A stretch of DNA of 64,000 bases from Rebecca billardiae RCC1528 (taxonomy: Eukaryota; Protista; Haptophyta), in assembly GCA_965240325.2 (NCBI GenBank), contig OZ251228.1, forward strand, positions 2,852,001-2,916,000, read 5' to 3'. Numbering within the stretch: position 1 is the stretch's first letter; each line of letters starts with the position of its first letter. Shown one piece after another: positions 37,406 through 50,970 of the stretch. The notes below the pieces were generated by a model that saw only the letters and a program-made list of their open reading frames with translations, made no database searches and had not been told where the DNA came from. The translations under genes and the position numbers were made by a program.

Positions 37406-37603
37406 CAGTTTACTATGATTTAACGTGCACACTTGGTTAAGGCGTGATTATCGATTTAACGCCAACCATTAGTAGTACGGTCGTGTCCGGTGGGGACTTC
37501 GGAAAGGAAGCCATGGCGGGCGGATGCCCGTCCCACCGCGATCCAAGGCGCGTGTGGCACGTCTCGGACCCGGGGGCATGCCACACGCCGGTCGGCGTCG
37601 CCA

Positions 37604-38075
37604 TACGAGCATGTGGGCATGAGCGACAGCTTCCTTTCCGACTTTTCGACCACTCTCACGTCCACGTCCACGTCCTCGTGCGACCGGCGCGCGCGTGAGG
37701 CTGCGCATGGGAAGAATGGGAAGCAGGGACCAGGATCACTGTTCCAACGGCCATGCCGACCTTTTTGGTCTGCCTTGCGACGATGCAGGCCAGTCAATGT
37801 TCCGTCTGACCCAACACACCGCGAGTCTGACGATCAATGTTGACTGCGCGGTAGTCGTGCGACCGCCGTCCCACACTGTTGCCGGCCGCGTGCGAATACT
37901 CAGTGTGCAGCGTGTGCGCGCCTGTCAACAGCGAGGCGATCATCGACCGACATGGCTAGCGAGCTGATCAGGACTAGTAACAACCTTGCCTGGGACCACG
38001 CCACGCCATTTGGCGACCTCTCCACCGCGCTCAATGCCCGTCCAGAGGCACGGACGTGCCGCACTACTCCTGGCC
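37604..38075 (+). pseudogene. Second fragment of the Mutator-like transposase relic, an inverted homolog of 18339-18802
   Basis: ORFs 37695..37967(+) and 18443..18706(-) are near-identical; DNA identity is visible throughout. Confidence 0.75.
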
Positions 38076-38298
38076 CTGGGCACCTGGCCCGACTAACTAA
38101 TTATCGCTATGATTTAAAGACACAGGCTGCACGAGGGCGCAGCTCTCCTGATTCGTCTGTCGAAGTAGTGCTACTGTGCTAGTTGATGATTAATTCGAAC
38201 GGACGACCGTAATCAGTCACTTTAATTTAATCAGCCTATCAGTCGGCCAGTCGGGCGGACCGCGTGACTCGGAGCCCGAGCATTACAATTCAGCTATA

Positions 38299-39769
<1,471 letters not shown>

Positions 39770-39986
39770 TAGGCAGTGCGCCACCCGCTGCCCTGCCCCG
39801 TGGGGCTGGGAGTGGGACGGAGCACCGCCTCGGCCTGGGGCACGCGGCGGCGACGGCAGACAGATGCCGCCGCGGCCGCGAGCGCCTTCCGGATATATAT
39901 ATAATAGCGTATATACTAATTATTATCAGGCTCAGCAGCAGCTGGTATAGATGTCAGATGATCACTATACATGCTGATGATGATTT

Positions 39987-42900
39987 TCACATGTCCTCGA
40001 GGCTCAGCCTGGGCACGATGTTCATCGACTGCAGCTCCTGCAGCAGGAGCTTGCACGCGTACGGTAAGCGCATCGGCTGCGTGTGCACGGACGTGCGGCA
40101 GTTGCGGCAGCCCAGGTGGTGGCACAGCAGCCCGCACTTCTTGCACACGTGCGCGGTGAAGCCGTCGGACGAGTGCACGAGCCGCTCGTTCAGCAGCATC
40201 GACGCGCCGTACCCGATGAGGCAGTCGCGCTCCATCTCGCCCAGCCGCAGCCCGCCGTCGCGCGAGCGGCCCTCGGTCGGCTGGCGCGTGAGCACGGCGC
40301 GCGGCCCCCTCGCGCGCGCGTGCATCTTGTCCATCACCATGTGCTTGAGCTTCTGGTAGTAGATCGGCCCGAAGAAGATGTACGCGGCGAGCGGCTCGCC
40401 CGTGATGCCGGACGTGACGTAGTCCTTGCCCGAGTAGGAGAAGCCGTGCGAGACGAGCACGCGCGCGCACTCGTCGACCTTGTCGCCGCCGAACGCCGTG
40501 CCGTACCGCAGCTGCCCGTCGCACACCGCCGCCTTCCCCGCGACCAGCTCCATCATCTTGCCCACGGTCATGCGCGAGGGGAAGCCGTGCGGGTTCATCA
40601 CGACGTCGGGCGCCATGCCCAGGTCGTTGAACGGCAGGTCCTCCTGCGAGACGATCAGGCCGCACACGCCCTTCTGCCCGTGGCGCGAGGAGAACTTGTC
40701 GCCCAGCTCGGGCGAGCGCGTCGAGCGCACGCGGATCTTGAGCACGTAGTGGTCGTTCTCGTTGGAGGAGATCATGACGCGGTCGACGTACGTGTCGTGG
40801 TGCGGGGGGCCCTTGTACGTGACGGGCGCGGGCCTGTACGCGTCCACGCCCGTGCCGTGCAGCACCTCGGTGTTGGTGATCGTGTCGGAGGTGTTGAGCG
40901 GCACCTGCTTGTTCACGAAGATGTCGCCCGACTGCAGCCGCTCGCCCGGCGCGCAGATCCCGTCCGCGTCCAGCGTGCGGTACCGCTGCTGCTGCACCGA
41001 CTTGGTGCCCGCCGGCGGCTGCGGCGGCCCGACGATCCTGTCTGCGGTCTGGTTGGCGTACTTCTTCAGGTTGGCGGAGTACTTGCGCATCACGATGCAG
41101 CGGCCGAAGCCGCGGTCGAGCGAGGCGCGGTTCAGGATGAGCGCGTCCTCGATGTCGTACCCGGAGTACGACATCACCGCCACGATCGCGTTGTGGCCTG
41201 CGAGGGCGCCGCGCGCGCGCGCGCGCGGTGCGTGAGCGGGCGGCACGCGCCGCGCGCGCGCGCGCGCGCGCGCGCCGCACCCGCGGGCAGCTTTGCAAAG
41301 TCGATCATGTCGATGGTGCGGCTCTTGACGAGCGGCTGGTGCGGGTACACGAGCAGGTAGAGGATCGTGTCGATGCGCTCGCCCTGGTTGCACGCGATCG
41401 CGCCCATCGCCTGCTTGCCCATCGCGCACTGGTACGTGTTGCGCGGCGACTGGTTGTGGTGCGGGTACGGGATCAGGCCCGCGCACACGCCCAGGATGGT
41501 GAGCGGGTCGATCTCGAGGTGCGTCGTGCGCGCGCAGATGTCGCGCTCGTACAGCGCGATCTCCGCCGAGTTCTCCTCGTTCACGTCGAGGTACTCCACC
41601 AGCCCCTCGCGGATGAAGTCCTGCCAGTCGCGCACGCCCTCGCTCAGCTCCGCGAGGTGCTCGGGCTGCACGCCGAGCGCGCCGCGCTCGACGACGATGA
41701 GCGGGCGGCACACGCGCCCCGCGTCCGCCGCGATGTGCACCGCGCGCTGCGTGGCGTGCAGCTGCACGCTCACGAACTCGCCCAGCCGGCCCGAGCGCCT
41801 GAGCATCCGCAGCGCGCGCACGAGCCTCTCAGGCTCGCGGTGCACGCCCAGCAGCATCCCGTTGATGAAGACGAGCGCGCACGGGCTGTCGACGCGGCCG
41901 AAGTCGAGGCCGGGCAGGAGGTGCACGTCCTCCACGCCCAGGTTGATCGCGAGCCGCGCGATCGGCGCCTCGTCGTCGTCCGTCGTCACGTGCGTCGTGA
42001 GCGCCAGGTTCTTGACGAGGCCGCACGCCTCGCCCTCGGGCGTGTCTGACGGGCAGAGCATGCCCCACTGCGACGGCTGCAGCGAGCGCGGGCCCGAGAC
42101 CTTGCGCGTCTTCTCGAACTGCGACATGATGCGCGTCATCATGCCCAGCGCCTGCCACGCGCGCGCCGCGCGGGCGGTGCGTGAACGGGCGGTGCGTGAA
42201 CGGGCGGTGCGTGAACGGGCGGTGCGTGAACGGGCGGTGCGTGCGTGGACGCGCGCGCGCGCGCAACCCACCGCGGCGCTCGCGCGTCGTGCGCGCGGCG
42301 GCGCGCGCGCGTGCGCACCGAGATGAAGGAGAGGCGCGAGAGCACCTGCGTCACGCCGGAGCGCTCCATCTTGAAGCGCTTGACCGACCAGTTGCCCGTG
42401 GAGATGGCGTGCGTGAAGCCCAGGCTGATCGTGTCCTGCCGGATGCACTTGGCAATGTCGAACTGCGCCGCGCGCGTCGGCTTGCTGAGCACGCTGTCCG
42501 CCTGCCGCTTGAGCTCGGCGCACAGCTTCTTGAAGAGGTCCTCGAAGAGGAGGGAGAGCAGCTGGCCCGCCAGCTCGAGCCGCTTGTTGCCGTAGTAGTC
42601 CATGTCGTCCGTGAGCGACGGCTCGTGCTGCGCCGCGATCATGCGCCGCAGCATCTGGCACACGTACACCACCTGTGACGCGGGGGCAGGCGGAGGGAGG
42701 GAGGGGCGGGCGCGGCGCGAGGCTCAGGCGGCGCGGCGCGGCGCACGCGGCTGGCGCGCCCCCGCCCGCGCGCCGCGCCGCGCGGCGCCGCGCTCCACCT
42801 TGGGCCAGAAGTTGTACTGCACGACCGGCACGTGCGCGAGCACCACGTTGGCGAGGATGTCGCGCGCCTCGTCCACGCGCGTCTGGCGCGCGGAGCCGCC

Positions 42901-44025
42901 CCACGGCCGGCCGTACACGCGGATCTTGTGCGAGATGAACTCGAGCGCCTTGGCCTGCGTGGTGATGCCGAGGTTGACCGCGTCGCGCATCGACGTCGCC
43001 ATCCCCTCCACGTACTCGCGCTCCATCCCGATCAGCTGCAGGATCTCCTGGTCGCACTCGACGCCCATGCCGCGCAGCACGACCACGATCGGCACGTCCT
43101 CCGTCATCGTGTTGTGCCGCAGCAGGATCGCGCCGTTGTGCGTGATCAGGTTCGTCTTGGACTTGCGCTCGTGCGTGGAGGAGGTGACCGACGCCATCAC
43201 CTTGCCCTTCGCGTCCCTGCCCACGATGATCCTGTTCTTGCTCAGCTGCTCCTGGATGAGCACCACCTGCACGCACGGCACAGGGGGGCGGGGCGGGCGG
43301 GCGGGCGGGCGGGCATCGGGGAACGGCACGCGCGGTATGCGCTGCGCACTGTGCTCGGTGCGCGCTGTGCGCTGCGCGCTGTGCCGTGTGCGCGCTGTGC
43401 TGTGCGCTGTGCTGTGCGCTGTGCGCACCTTCTCGACGCCGCGCACGATAAAGTAGCCGCCCGGGTCTAACGGGCACTCGCCCGCGCGCGCGAGCTCCTC
43501 GGCCGACTTGCCGTGGAGGACGCACTTGGACGAGCGCAGCATGATCGGCATGCGGCCGATCTTCACGCCGCGCTTGCGCACGAGCTCCTTCGGCCCGCGC
43601 GTGTACTCGAGCGAGACGACGATGGGCGCGGAGTAGGTGATGTCGCGCAGCCGGCACTCCTGCGGCTTGATCTCGGACACGATCATCTCCTCCTCGACGG
43701 AGGGCTTGCCCACGCTGACGTCGGTGAAGCGCAGGCTCCAGTTCTGGTCCGCGTCGCACGTCACCTTCTCGTTCGCCTTGACGATGTGCTTGATGTCCAC
43801 GTTCACAAAGTGGTTGAACGAGTCGATGTGCTGCTTCACGAGCCCGCGCACCTTGAGGAACGCGGGCAGCAGGCGCCACTTCTCCTCGACGGTCTTGATC
43901 GGGCGCTCGAGCGGCGCGTCGCCGTCGTACAGGCACTTGAGCTCCTCCTCCTCGTCGCCGAGCAGCGCGCGCACCTCCTCTCTCCTCCCCAGGGGAGGCT
44001 TGCCCTCCTCGTCGCCGGCCGCCAT
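39987..44025 (-). CDS. POLR3B: DNA-directed RNA polymerase III second-largest subunit; introns ~43267-43428, 42673-42798, 42152-42318, 41198-41280
   Basis: [24 protein letters not shown] (RPC2-specific), [93 protein letters not shown]. Confidence 0.97.
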
Positions 44026-44289
44026 CGTGGGACTGGCGAGCGGTCCAGCCAGCGCCGCCCGGGCCGGCCCCGGACTTTCGGCTGCGCCGGAACGCAGCTG
44101 GGCAGGCACGGAGGCGTGCGAAGAGGTCGGCACACCTCGTCGGCTCGCCCCTGGCGGGACGGACGGCGCGGCGAGGAGCGCGCGCGCCGGGCGCCGTTCG
44201 TCCGCGTTGCGCACCGCATCGGCCCCGCCGCCCATCCGGCCCCGGCCCGCGGGCCGTGTCTCGGGCACCGCGCGCAGCGGCGCGGTGCC
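44026..44289. promoter_or_regulatory. Probable bidirectional promoter between RPC2 and CNOT11 (264 bp between ATGs)
   Basis: Two conserved genes have head-to-head start codons separated by a very short interval. Confidence 0.6.
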
Positions 44290-45948
44290 ATGCTCGCCGA
44301 GCCCAAGGAGCTGTCCGCGCTGCTCGAGCTGCTCAAGGAGGAGGAGAAGCCGCTCGAGGCGGTCTCGCAGGCGTTCCACCGCGCGTTCGGCCGCGCCGAC
44401 CACTTCCGCGTCGCGTGCGCCCTCTGCGCCATGCTCACCGACGGGCTCATCGCCTCGGCGGCGCAGCGGCTGGTCGGTCTCTTCCTGCTGCACGACGTGT
44501 ACCGGGGCGAGCCGCCGGCGACGCACCCGTTCCTCGAGTTCCTCGCGGAGCAGCTGGCGCGCGCGCAGGGCGGGGCGGGGGGCCGCGTGGAGCACAACCT
44601 GCTGTGCCTCCTCCTCGCCGACCCGCCCAACAAGGACCTGAGCAAGCGCTCGGCGCTCGAGATCCGAGCGTCGCTCGGCGCGGGCGAGCCGCTGCCGCTG
44701 CCCGACCTGGGCGAGCTGCAGCGCGCGGCGGCGGAGCGCGAGCGGCACATGCCCGTGCTCAGGCGACGGGGCGTGCACCCCACCATCCCGATCGCCGCCG
44801 GCGCGCCAGACGCGCAGCTGCGCGGCGCGGGCGAGGGCGGCGCGCTGCCTCTGTCGCTCGCCGCGCGCGCGGCCGCGGAGGCGGGACCCTCGGCGGGCCC
44901 GGCGGCGGCGGCGGTGGCGGCGGGGCTCAGCGAGCTGTCGCTCGCGGCACACGAGCCCGCCTTCGTGCGCCCGCCGCCGCCCTTACTCGCGCCCACGCAG
45001 GAGGAGGTGCTCTGGCTCAGCCCGTGCGTCGAGGGCGCGGAGCTGCTGTGGGACAACTCGATGTGCTCGGACAACGCCAAGGGCACAGAGGTGCGCGAGC
45101 TGATGAGCAAGGCGTTCAAGGTGCGCGCGCGGGGCGCGCGGGGCGCGCGGGGCAGGGAGGCGGGGGCGGGGAAGGGCGGGGCGGGGCGAGGCGAGGCGAG
45201 GGCGCACGCCGCCGCTCTGCGCGCGGCGCGCGTGCGCTGCGCACGCTCGCCGCGCGCGCGTGCGCGCGACGCGCGCCGACACCGCCGCACGCCCGGCGCC
45301 GCGCGCGCCGCGCTCGGCGTGGTCGCGCGCGCAGGGCCCGCTCGTGCCGCAGCAGCAGCAGCAGGTCCTCTCCGAGCTCGAGACGGACGCGAAGCTGGTG
45401 TACCACTGCGGCCTCACGCCCAAGCGGCTGCCCGAGCTCGTCGAGAACAACCCGGTGATCGCGATCGAGGTGCTGCTCAAGCTGATGGCCTCCTCGCAGA
45501 TCACCGACTACTTCTCGGTGCTGGTCAACATGGACATCTCGCTGCACTCGATGGAGGTGAAAGGCGGGGGCGGGGCGGGGGCGGTGCGGCCGCGGGGGTG
45601 CGCGTGCGGGGCGCGCCGCGCGCCCACGCGCGCGCTGAGCGCGCGGCTGCCGCGCGGCGGGCGCGCGGCGGCGCGCAGGTGGTGAACCGGCTGACGACGG
45701 CGGTCGACCTGCCCACCGAGTTTGTGCACCTGTACATCTCCAACTGCATCTCGAGCTGCGAGAACATCAAGGACAAGTACATGCAGAACCGCCTGGTGCG
45801 CCTCGTGTGCGTGTTCCTGCAGTCGCTGATCCGCAACAAGATCATCAACGTGCACGACCTGCTCGTGGAGGTGCAGGCCTTCTGCATCGAGTTCAGCCAC
45901 ATTCGCGAGGCGGCCGGCCTCTTCCGGCTGCTCAAGACGCTCGAGTGA
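44290..45948 (+). CDS. CNOT11: CCR4-NOT complex subunit 11; introns ~45121-45334 and 45557-45678
   Basis: [113 protein letters not shown]. Confidence 0.96.
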   Translation: MLAEPKELSALLELLKEEEKPLEAVSQAFHRAFGRADHFRVACALCAMLTDGLIASAAQRLVGLFLLHDVYRGEPPATHPFLEFLAEQLARAQGGAGGRVEHNLLCLLLADPPNKDLSKRSALEIRASLGAGEPLPLPDLGELQRAAAERERHMPVLRRRGVHPTIPIAAGAPDAQLRGAGEGGALPLSLAARAAAEAGPSAGPAAAAVAAGLSELSLAAHEPAFVRPPPPLLAPTQEEVLWLSPCVEGAELLWDNSMCSDNAKGTEVRELMSKAFKVRARGARGARGREAGAGKGGAGRGEARAHAAALRAARVRCARSPRARARDARRHRRTPGAARAALGVVARAGPARAAAAAAGPLRARDGREAGVPLRPHAQAAARARREQPGDRDRGAAQADGLLADHRLLLGAGQHGHLAALDGGERRGRGGGGAAAGVRVRGAPRAHARAERAAAARRARGGAQVVNRLTTAVDLPTEFVHLYISNCISSCENIKDKYMQNRLVRLVCVFLQSLIRNKIINVHDLLVEVQAFCIEFSHIREAAGLFRLLKTLE

Positions 45949-47149
45949 GCCAGGCGGGCGAGGGGGAGGGGCGGGGCCGCCGCCGGCGCGCGCGCGCTCA
46001 GGCGACTATCGCGCCATGTCGCTCCGCCGCCACCGCCTCGGCGGCAGGAGCGTGAACGGGCCGCATGCACTCCGCTTGGCCGGCTGTAAGTGTACGCCGC
46101 GCGTACGGCCTGCGCCAGCCGCGCTCGGTCCGTCAGAGTCGGGGAAGCATTGGGCCGCACCGTCGTGGACCCAGGGTGGTGACACCGGCACGGGCAGCAC
46201 TGCTGCGCCTCAGACCGACTAGCAGCGCTCAGTCAGCAGTAATCGAGTCGAGCAGCGCGCGCAGGCGCGCGCAGCCGCCGCCTCGCTTTGGCCGGCGGCG
46301 GCGGCGCGTCGGTTGGGCACGCATGTCGCCCGAACCTGTAGCAACTAGCAAGGCTTGCAGTCAGTTGATCCTCACGCACGTCGGCACGAAGTGCACGCTC
46401 GCCGAAGCTGCAGGCCACGACGAGCCTCGCGCACAAGCGCCCGCCCCGTCGCCGTCGACGACTGCCGCCATCAGCTCCTGAGCGAACGCACGACCACGCT
46501 CGCCCGGTCTGCGGCCGCCTCTGACTCCGGTCGTCGTGCCCGGCGCCGCCCGGGCGGCCGCGGCGCACCGACCGGCGCCTCAGCTCAGGCTACCGCACGC
46601 TCGCGATCGACGCCGCCTACTATATGATCGTAGCAGCATCTATAGACCGTAATCTGCCCACCTCGACGCGCCGACGTGACCGTAAGTGGGCGCGCACGCA
46701 ACCCTACGCGGATGGCAGCTGTCGACGGCTGAGTTGCGACACTGCACGACCCTCAGTAGATCGCCCAGCGCCGGCGACTCGCCGCGCGCACAGGCGAGCG
46801 CGCTTGCAGCAGTTGCCCATGTATATGCCCCGACGTGCCAAGCTCGAGAGCGCCTCGAAACTCGCCCTGGATAGGCCACGCGCGCAGCCTCAAGGGCGCG
46901 CGGCCGCAGCCCGGGCCGGGCCCGGCGGAATGCAACAGGTCCTGCGCGGTGGAGAGAGGCGAGAGTGCGGGGCGAGAAGGGACGGGGATGATCCTCCATG
47001 TCTCCCGGTGCCATCCGCCCAGCGCGCGCGAGCGTGCGCGCCGCGAGGGCCGCGCATCAGCCTGCGCAGCGCGCGTGGTGCGTGCCAGATTGGTCGCCAT
47101 CGCCCGATCCTGAGGGTTTGCTCCCCAAGCTTCAGGGTTTGCCGTCGTC

Positions 47150-48709
47150 ATGCCCGCCGACTGGGCGGTGCCACGCAAGCCGAGCTTCGTCGACGGGTTC
47201 GTCACGGACGGCGTTGTGAGCGCCATCGCGGCCGGTGCGGATGGCCGCTATGTTCACGCGGCGGAGGTCAAGTTCGGCGACTTCTCGTCGATGTATGCCG
47301 CGGGCTGGTACCGCCTCGGTGCGCCTGGCCAGGTCGACTGGGACCCCCGGGCGTACTCGTTGCAGATCGCCGAGCACGCGCATGACGAGAATCCTTCGCA
47401 CAAGGTGTGCATCGCCGTGGCAGCGGCGGGGAATGGCGGCGTGCTCTTCGCCGCGCACGGCATCGGCACGCAGGTCTGGGACGACCCCGCGCCTACGAAT
47501 GATCCGTGCACGAGCGCGCTGTGGGGGCTGGGCTTGGACGACGGCCGTGACCCAACATGCATGGCGCCCGTGGGCGACGGCACCGTCGTTGCAGTTGGCC
47601 TCACTGACGGCCGCGTCGAGCTGTGCGAGGGCCTCTTCGCCCAAGCCGAGGGCGAGCTTCCTGACGTGGTGGTTCTGCGCGAGGGCGGCGCGCCGGGCGG
47701 CCACGACAACGCTGTGACGCGCGTGACCACGTGCGCGTGGGTGCAAAAGGGCCCGGTGCTCGCGCTCGCAGCCGCGCCTGGCGGGTGCATTGTGCACGCC
47801 GGGCCCGGCCGCGCGGATGGCGGCGGCGACGGCGGCGGGAGCACGGTGGTGTGCAGCGACACACGCGGGCGCACGCTGCGCGCGAGCGTGCATGGCGCGT
47901 CGGGCAAGCTCGTCGCCCTCGCGGTCGCGCGCGGGCACGTGCTCGCCGCGTACGAAGACACGACGGTCTGGGCGGAGCCGCTGCCGCGCGCGGAGGCGGG
48001 CGCGGCCGAGCACGACGGCTCGCGCAGCGGCGCGGCGCCCGCGCCCGTCCCCGAGGGCGGTGCGCCCCTGGCGCGCAAGGTGTTTGAGCTGCCCCCGCGG
48101 CTCCGCTCGATCAACCAGCTGCAGGCCATAGCGTGGTCGGAGGCGCACGGCATGCTGTGCGTGGGCACGCGGAACGGCAACGTGCTCCTGGTGCCCGCGC
48201 TGCCCAGCACCGCGGCGGACGGCGAGGACGGCGGCCTGGCGCTGGGGCTCGAGAGCATCGTGTGCGTGCAGCCCGAGGGCTTGCCAGTCGGCGCCAAGTG
48301 CGACGTGGAGGCGATGGCGCTGCTGCCGGGCGGCGCGCAGCTCGCCGTCGCCTTCGAGCGCGACAACTACCGCCAGAACTCGGCGATCATCGTGCTCTCG
48401 CTCGGCACGCCGCCGTGGTCGCGCGCCACGCACGCGCTCTACCCGCGGCCGTTCCGGCTCGCCGTGTGGACTCTCGTGCTCGCGCTGCGGCGCGAGACGC
48501 TCCGCGCGGCGAGCGCGCAGGCCGGCGGCGTGCTCCGCCTCGGCCTCGTGGACCCAGTCACCCAGGCGGCGCTCCTCGACCTCATCTGCGCCCACCTTGC
48601 GGCGTCGCTGGTTGACGACGTCGACGACCGTGATCACGGTCATGACGGCTTGGGCATCAAATGTAGCCCTTGTCGCCTGCCACCGCCGGCGGCAGCTACT
48701 TCCGCGTAG
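47150..48709 (+). CDS. Hypothetical protein, WD40/beta-propeller-like
   Basis: Strong coding bias. Blade-like motifs VVAVGLTDGRVELC, VLAAYEDTTVW, MLCVGTRNGNVLL, VEAMALLPGGAQLAVA. Confidence 0.65.
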   Translation: MPADWAVPRKPSFVDGFVTDGVVSAIAAGADGRYVHAAEVKFGDFSSMYAAGWYRLGAPGQVDWDPRAYSLQIAEHAHDENPSHKVCIAVAAAGNGGVLFAAHGIGTQVWDDPAPTNDPCTSALWGLGLDDGRDPTCMAPVGDGTVVAVGLTDGRVELCEGLFAQAEGELPDVVVLREGGAPGGHDNAVTRVTTCAWVQKGPVLALAAAPGGCIVHAGPGRADGGGDGGGSTVVCSDTRGRTLRASVHGASGKLVALAVARGHVLAAYEDTTVWAEPLPRAEAGAAEHDGSRSGAAPAPVPEGGAPLARKVFELPPRLRSINQLQAIAWSEAHGMLCVGTRNGNVLLVPALPSTAADGEDGGLALGLESIVCVQPEGLPVGAKCDVEAMALLPGGAQLAVAFERDNYRQNSAIIVLSLGTPPWSRATHALYPRPFRLAVWTLVLALRRETLRAASAQAGGVLRLGLVDPVTQAALLDLICAHLAASLVDDVDDRDHGHDGLGIKCSPCRLPPPAAATSA

Positions 48710-48752
48710 CAGCCGATTAGTAGCGGTTATGGAATATGGTACTATTGGTAGG

Positions 48753-49236
48753 TGGCTCTGGCTCCGGTTGACCCCTGCCAGTCCGGTCATAGAAACCGGG
48801 CGTACCGAAAATGATCTTCGCATTCCTGCGGCCGAATGAACGCCCGAAGTGTCCCACAGGGCTCCAAGTAGGGTCGTGTTACTATCAACTGTATGGATGG
48901 CCAATATTAATAAGTGCCCAGGGTGTGAAACTCAGTTTGTGACTACTTCAGACTCGTCTATTTTTTATAGCTATTTACCCAGTCCGGTGACACATTTCCA
49001 ATAGCTACGGGTGCATCCGGATCGCTCCCGGACCGTGTTCTGACCAGAGTCTGAAATGGGTAAATACATAGTAAAAATAGAGTCTGAACTATAGAGGAAG
49101 TGCTTGTTGGCCCAATATCGCTCTGAAGTCATCATCTAGGCATCCATTGAGGTCCTCCTGTGCAGTTTTCACGAGTGACTTCATGAAGGAGCTCACAGTG
49201 CCCGTCTCTGGCAGGGGTCAACCGAAGCCAGAGCCA
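48753..49236. mobile_element. AT-rich segment bounded by 29-bp inverted repeats, with a nested ~140-bp MITE-like element at ~48947-49089
   Basis: tggctctggctccggttgacccctgccag (48753-48781) matches the reverse complement of 49208-49236 at 28/29 positions. Inner ends are ttcagactc..tattttt..tatttaccca and tgggtaaata..aaaaatagagtctgaa. Confidence 0.6.
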
Positions 49237-49584
49237 GGTGCGACGATAGATAGACGACGTCTTGGCTCTCCAGAAGGAGAAGCGCGCCCACACACTACAC
49301 AGACACAGTGCGAGCAGCGCGGGGCTGAGCCTGAGGGATTCGAGCGCGGCGGCAGCCCTATATATATATATACACGCAGCAGCCAGACAGGTCCGGCACT
49401 CTTAAGCCGGCCGTATAATATATATTCCGCCGCGCCTCCGATGATCAATAATATATTAATATACTATTATATTTATTATTACGTATATATATATATATAT
49501 ATTCAATATTGGCCTGCACCGGGCAGCGCCGGCCGCCGCGAGCAGTCGGCAGTGCAGCGCAGGCCAAGCTGATCAGCAGGCTGA

Positions 49585-50922
49585 TCACTCAGCCTGCTGC
49601 TCTGCGGGCTGCCGTGTCGCGGCCCGCAGCAGTGGCCCCGGCCCGTCGGCCTCGTCCTGCAGCAGGCCGATCGGCGCCGCGCGCCCGCCGTCGCGCAGCA
49701 CGTACCGCCCCCACTCGAGCAGCTCGCGGCCGCGCAGCCCGTGCGGCGGCGGCAGCCTCGCCTTGGCCTCGAGCTCGTCGAGGCTGAGCCACGCCGCGCC
49801 CTCCGACTCTGCGTCCGGCACGCTCTTGGGCGGGGCGTCGGGGTGGGCGGGCGTCGCGAGGAAGACGACGCGCATGCGCGCCTCCTCGTCCGAGCTGAGC
49901 GTGTGCTCCACCGCGAGCACGCCGCTCAGCCGCACGGCCAGCCCCGCCTCCTCCTGCGCCTCGCGCGTTGCCGCCTCCACAAACGTCTGGCCGCGGTCCA
50001 CGTGCCCGGCGGGCAGCCACCAGCCGCGGCCGGCCGACTCGTTTACCGCGAGCAGCCGGCGCGTGCGCGGGTGCACGCACACGACGAGCGCGAAGCCGTG
50101 CGTGCGGAAGGCGATGCGCTCGCCCTCATCGGCCGCCGCCGGCGGCGGCGGCGCGCGCGCGCGCGGGCCGGCATCACGCGCGCCGGCGGCGCGCAGTCGG
50201 TGCAGAAGGGAGCGCCCCACCTCCACGCGCGCCGGCGCGCGTGGCGGCGGCGGCGCGCTCGGATCGGGCGCGCGCTCGGCCGCCGCGTGCATGCGCGCGA
50301 GCAGCTCGGCGCCCCCCTCGCCGCCTGGCGGAGCGTCGTGCGGGCCGTCAGCAGCGGCCGCGCCCGCCGCGGCGCACGCGAGCGCACTCAGCCACGCCGG
50401 GTAGCCCGCGCACTGGAGGGCGCGGCCGGCGGCCTGCGCGCGGCAGGCGTCGAGCAGCGCGGCGCGGAGCGGCGCGCAGTGCTCGCGCTCGCCCTCGAGG
50501 CACACCGTCCGCCAGCGCTGCTCCTCGCCGCCCGGCAGCCGCACCGCCAAGTCTGCCTGCTCCACCCACGCGCCCGCGCACGCGGCCGCGCGCCGCCTCG
50601 CCTTGCCGACCGCGAGCTCGACGTCGGCCACGCGCACGGCGGCGTGCGAGCGGGCGAGCGCGTCGATCTCGCCGCCGAGGGCCACGGGATCGACCGCCCG
50701 CTTCGTCCACCGCTCGAAGCCGTCGCCGTCGCGCGCCGCGCGCGCCTTGGCTGACGCGCTCAGCGCGCGGCCGGGCCGGGTGCGCAGCTTGAGGCCGGCA
50801 GCCTCGCCGAGCGGCACGTACACGTCGACGAGGCGCTCGACGGGCGCGTCCGCCAGGCACGCGTGCACGAGGGCGTCGGCGTCGCGCGCGCGGAAGAAGA
50901 TGCGCAGCTCCCACGACGCCAT
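49585..50922 (-). CDS. CYTH-like domain plus Nudix hydrolase fusion
   Basis: N-terminal SWELRIFF..ERLVDVYV..GLKLR..ERWTK..VGKAR..VEQADL..WRTVCLEG is CYTH-like. Nudix box WWLPAGHVDRGQTFVEAATREAQEEAGL. Confidence 0.85.
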   Translation of the reverse strand: MASWELRIFFRARDADALVHACLADAPVERLVDVYVPLGEAAGLKLRTRPGRALSASAKARAARDGDGFERWTKRAVDPVALGGEIDALARSHAAVRVADVELAVGKARRRAAACAGAWVEQADLAVRLPGGEEQRWRTVCLEGEREHCAPLRAALLDACRAQAAGRALQCAGYPAWLSALACAAAGAAAADGPHDAPPGGEGGAELLARMHAAAERAPDPSAPPPPRAPARVEVGRSLLHRLRAAGARDAGPRARAPPPPAAADEGERIAFRTHGFALVVCVHPRTRRLLAVNESAGRGWWLPAGHVDRGQTFVEAATREAQEEAGLAVRLSGVLAVEHTLSSDEEARMRVVFLATPAHPDAPPKSVPDAESEGAAWLSLDELEAKARLPPPHGLRGRELLEWGRYVLRDGGRAAPIGLLQDEADGPGPLLRAATRQPAEQQAE

Positions 50923-50970
50923 CGCCCTCCCGGCGGCGTCAACCTCAAGCCGGCCCGGCGGCTTGGCGCC

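Noticed and set aside
42171-42245. 15-bp tandem repeat (gggcggtgcgtgaac) as a coding insertion in RPC2
   Set aside because: It lies inside the predicted intron 42152-42318.
48710-48904. LLGALWDTSG on the minus strand as a retroviral aspartic protease remnant
   Set aside because: A single imperfect motif with no adjacent RT, integrase or LTR evidence.
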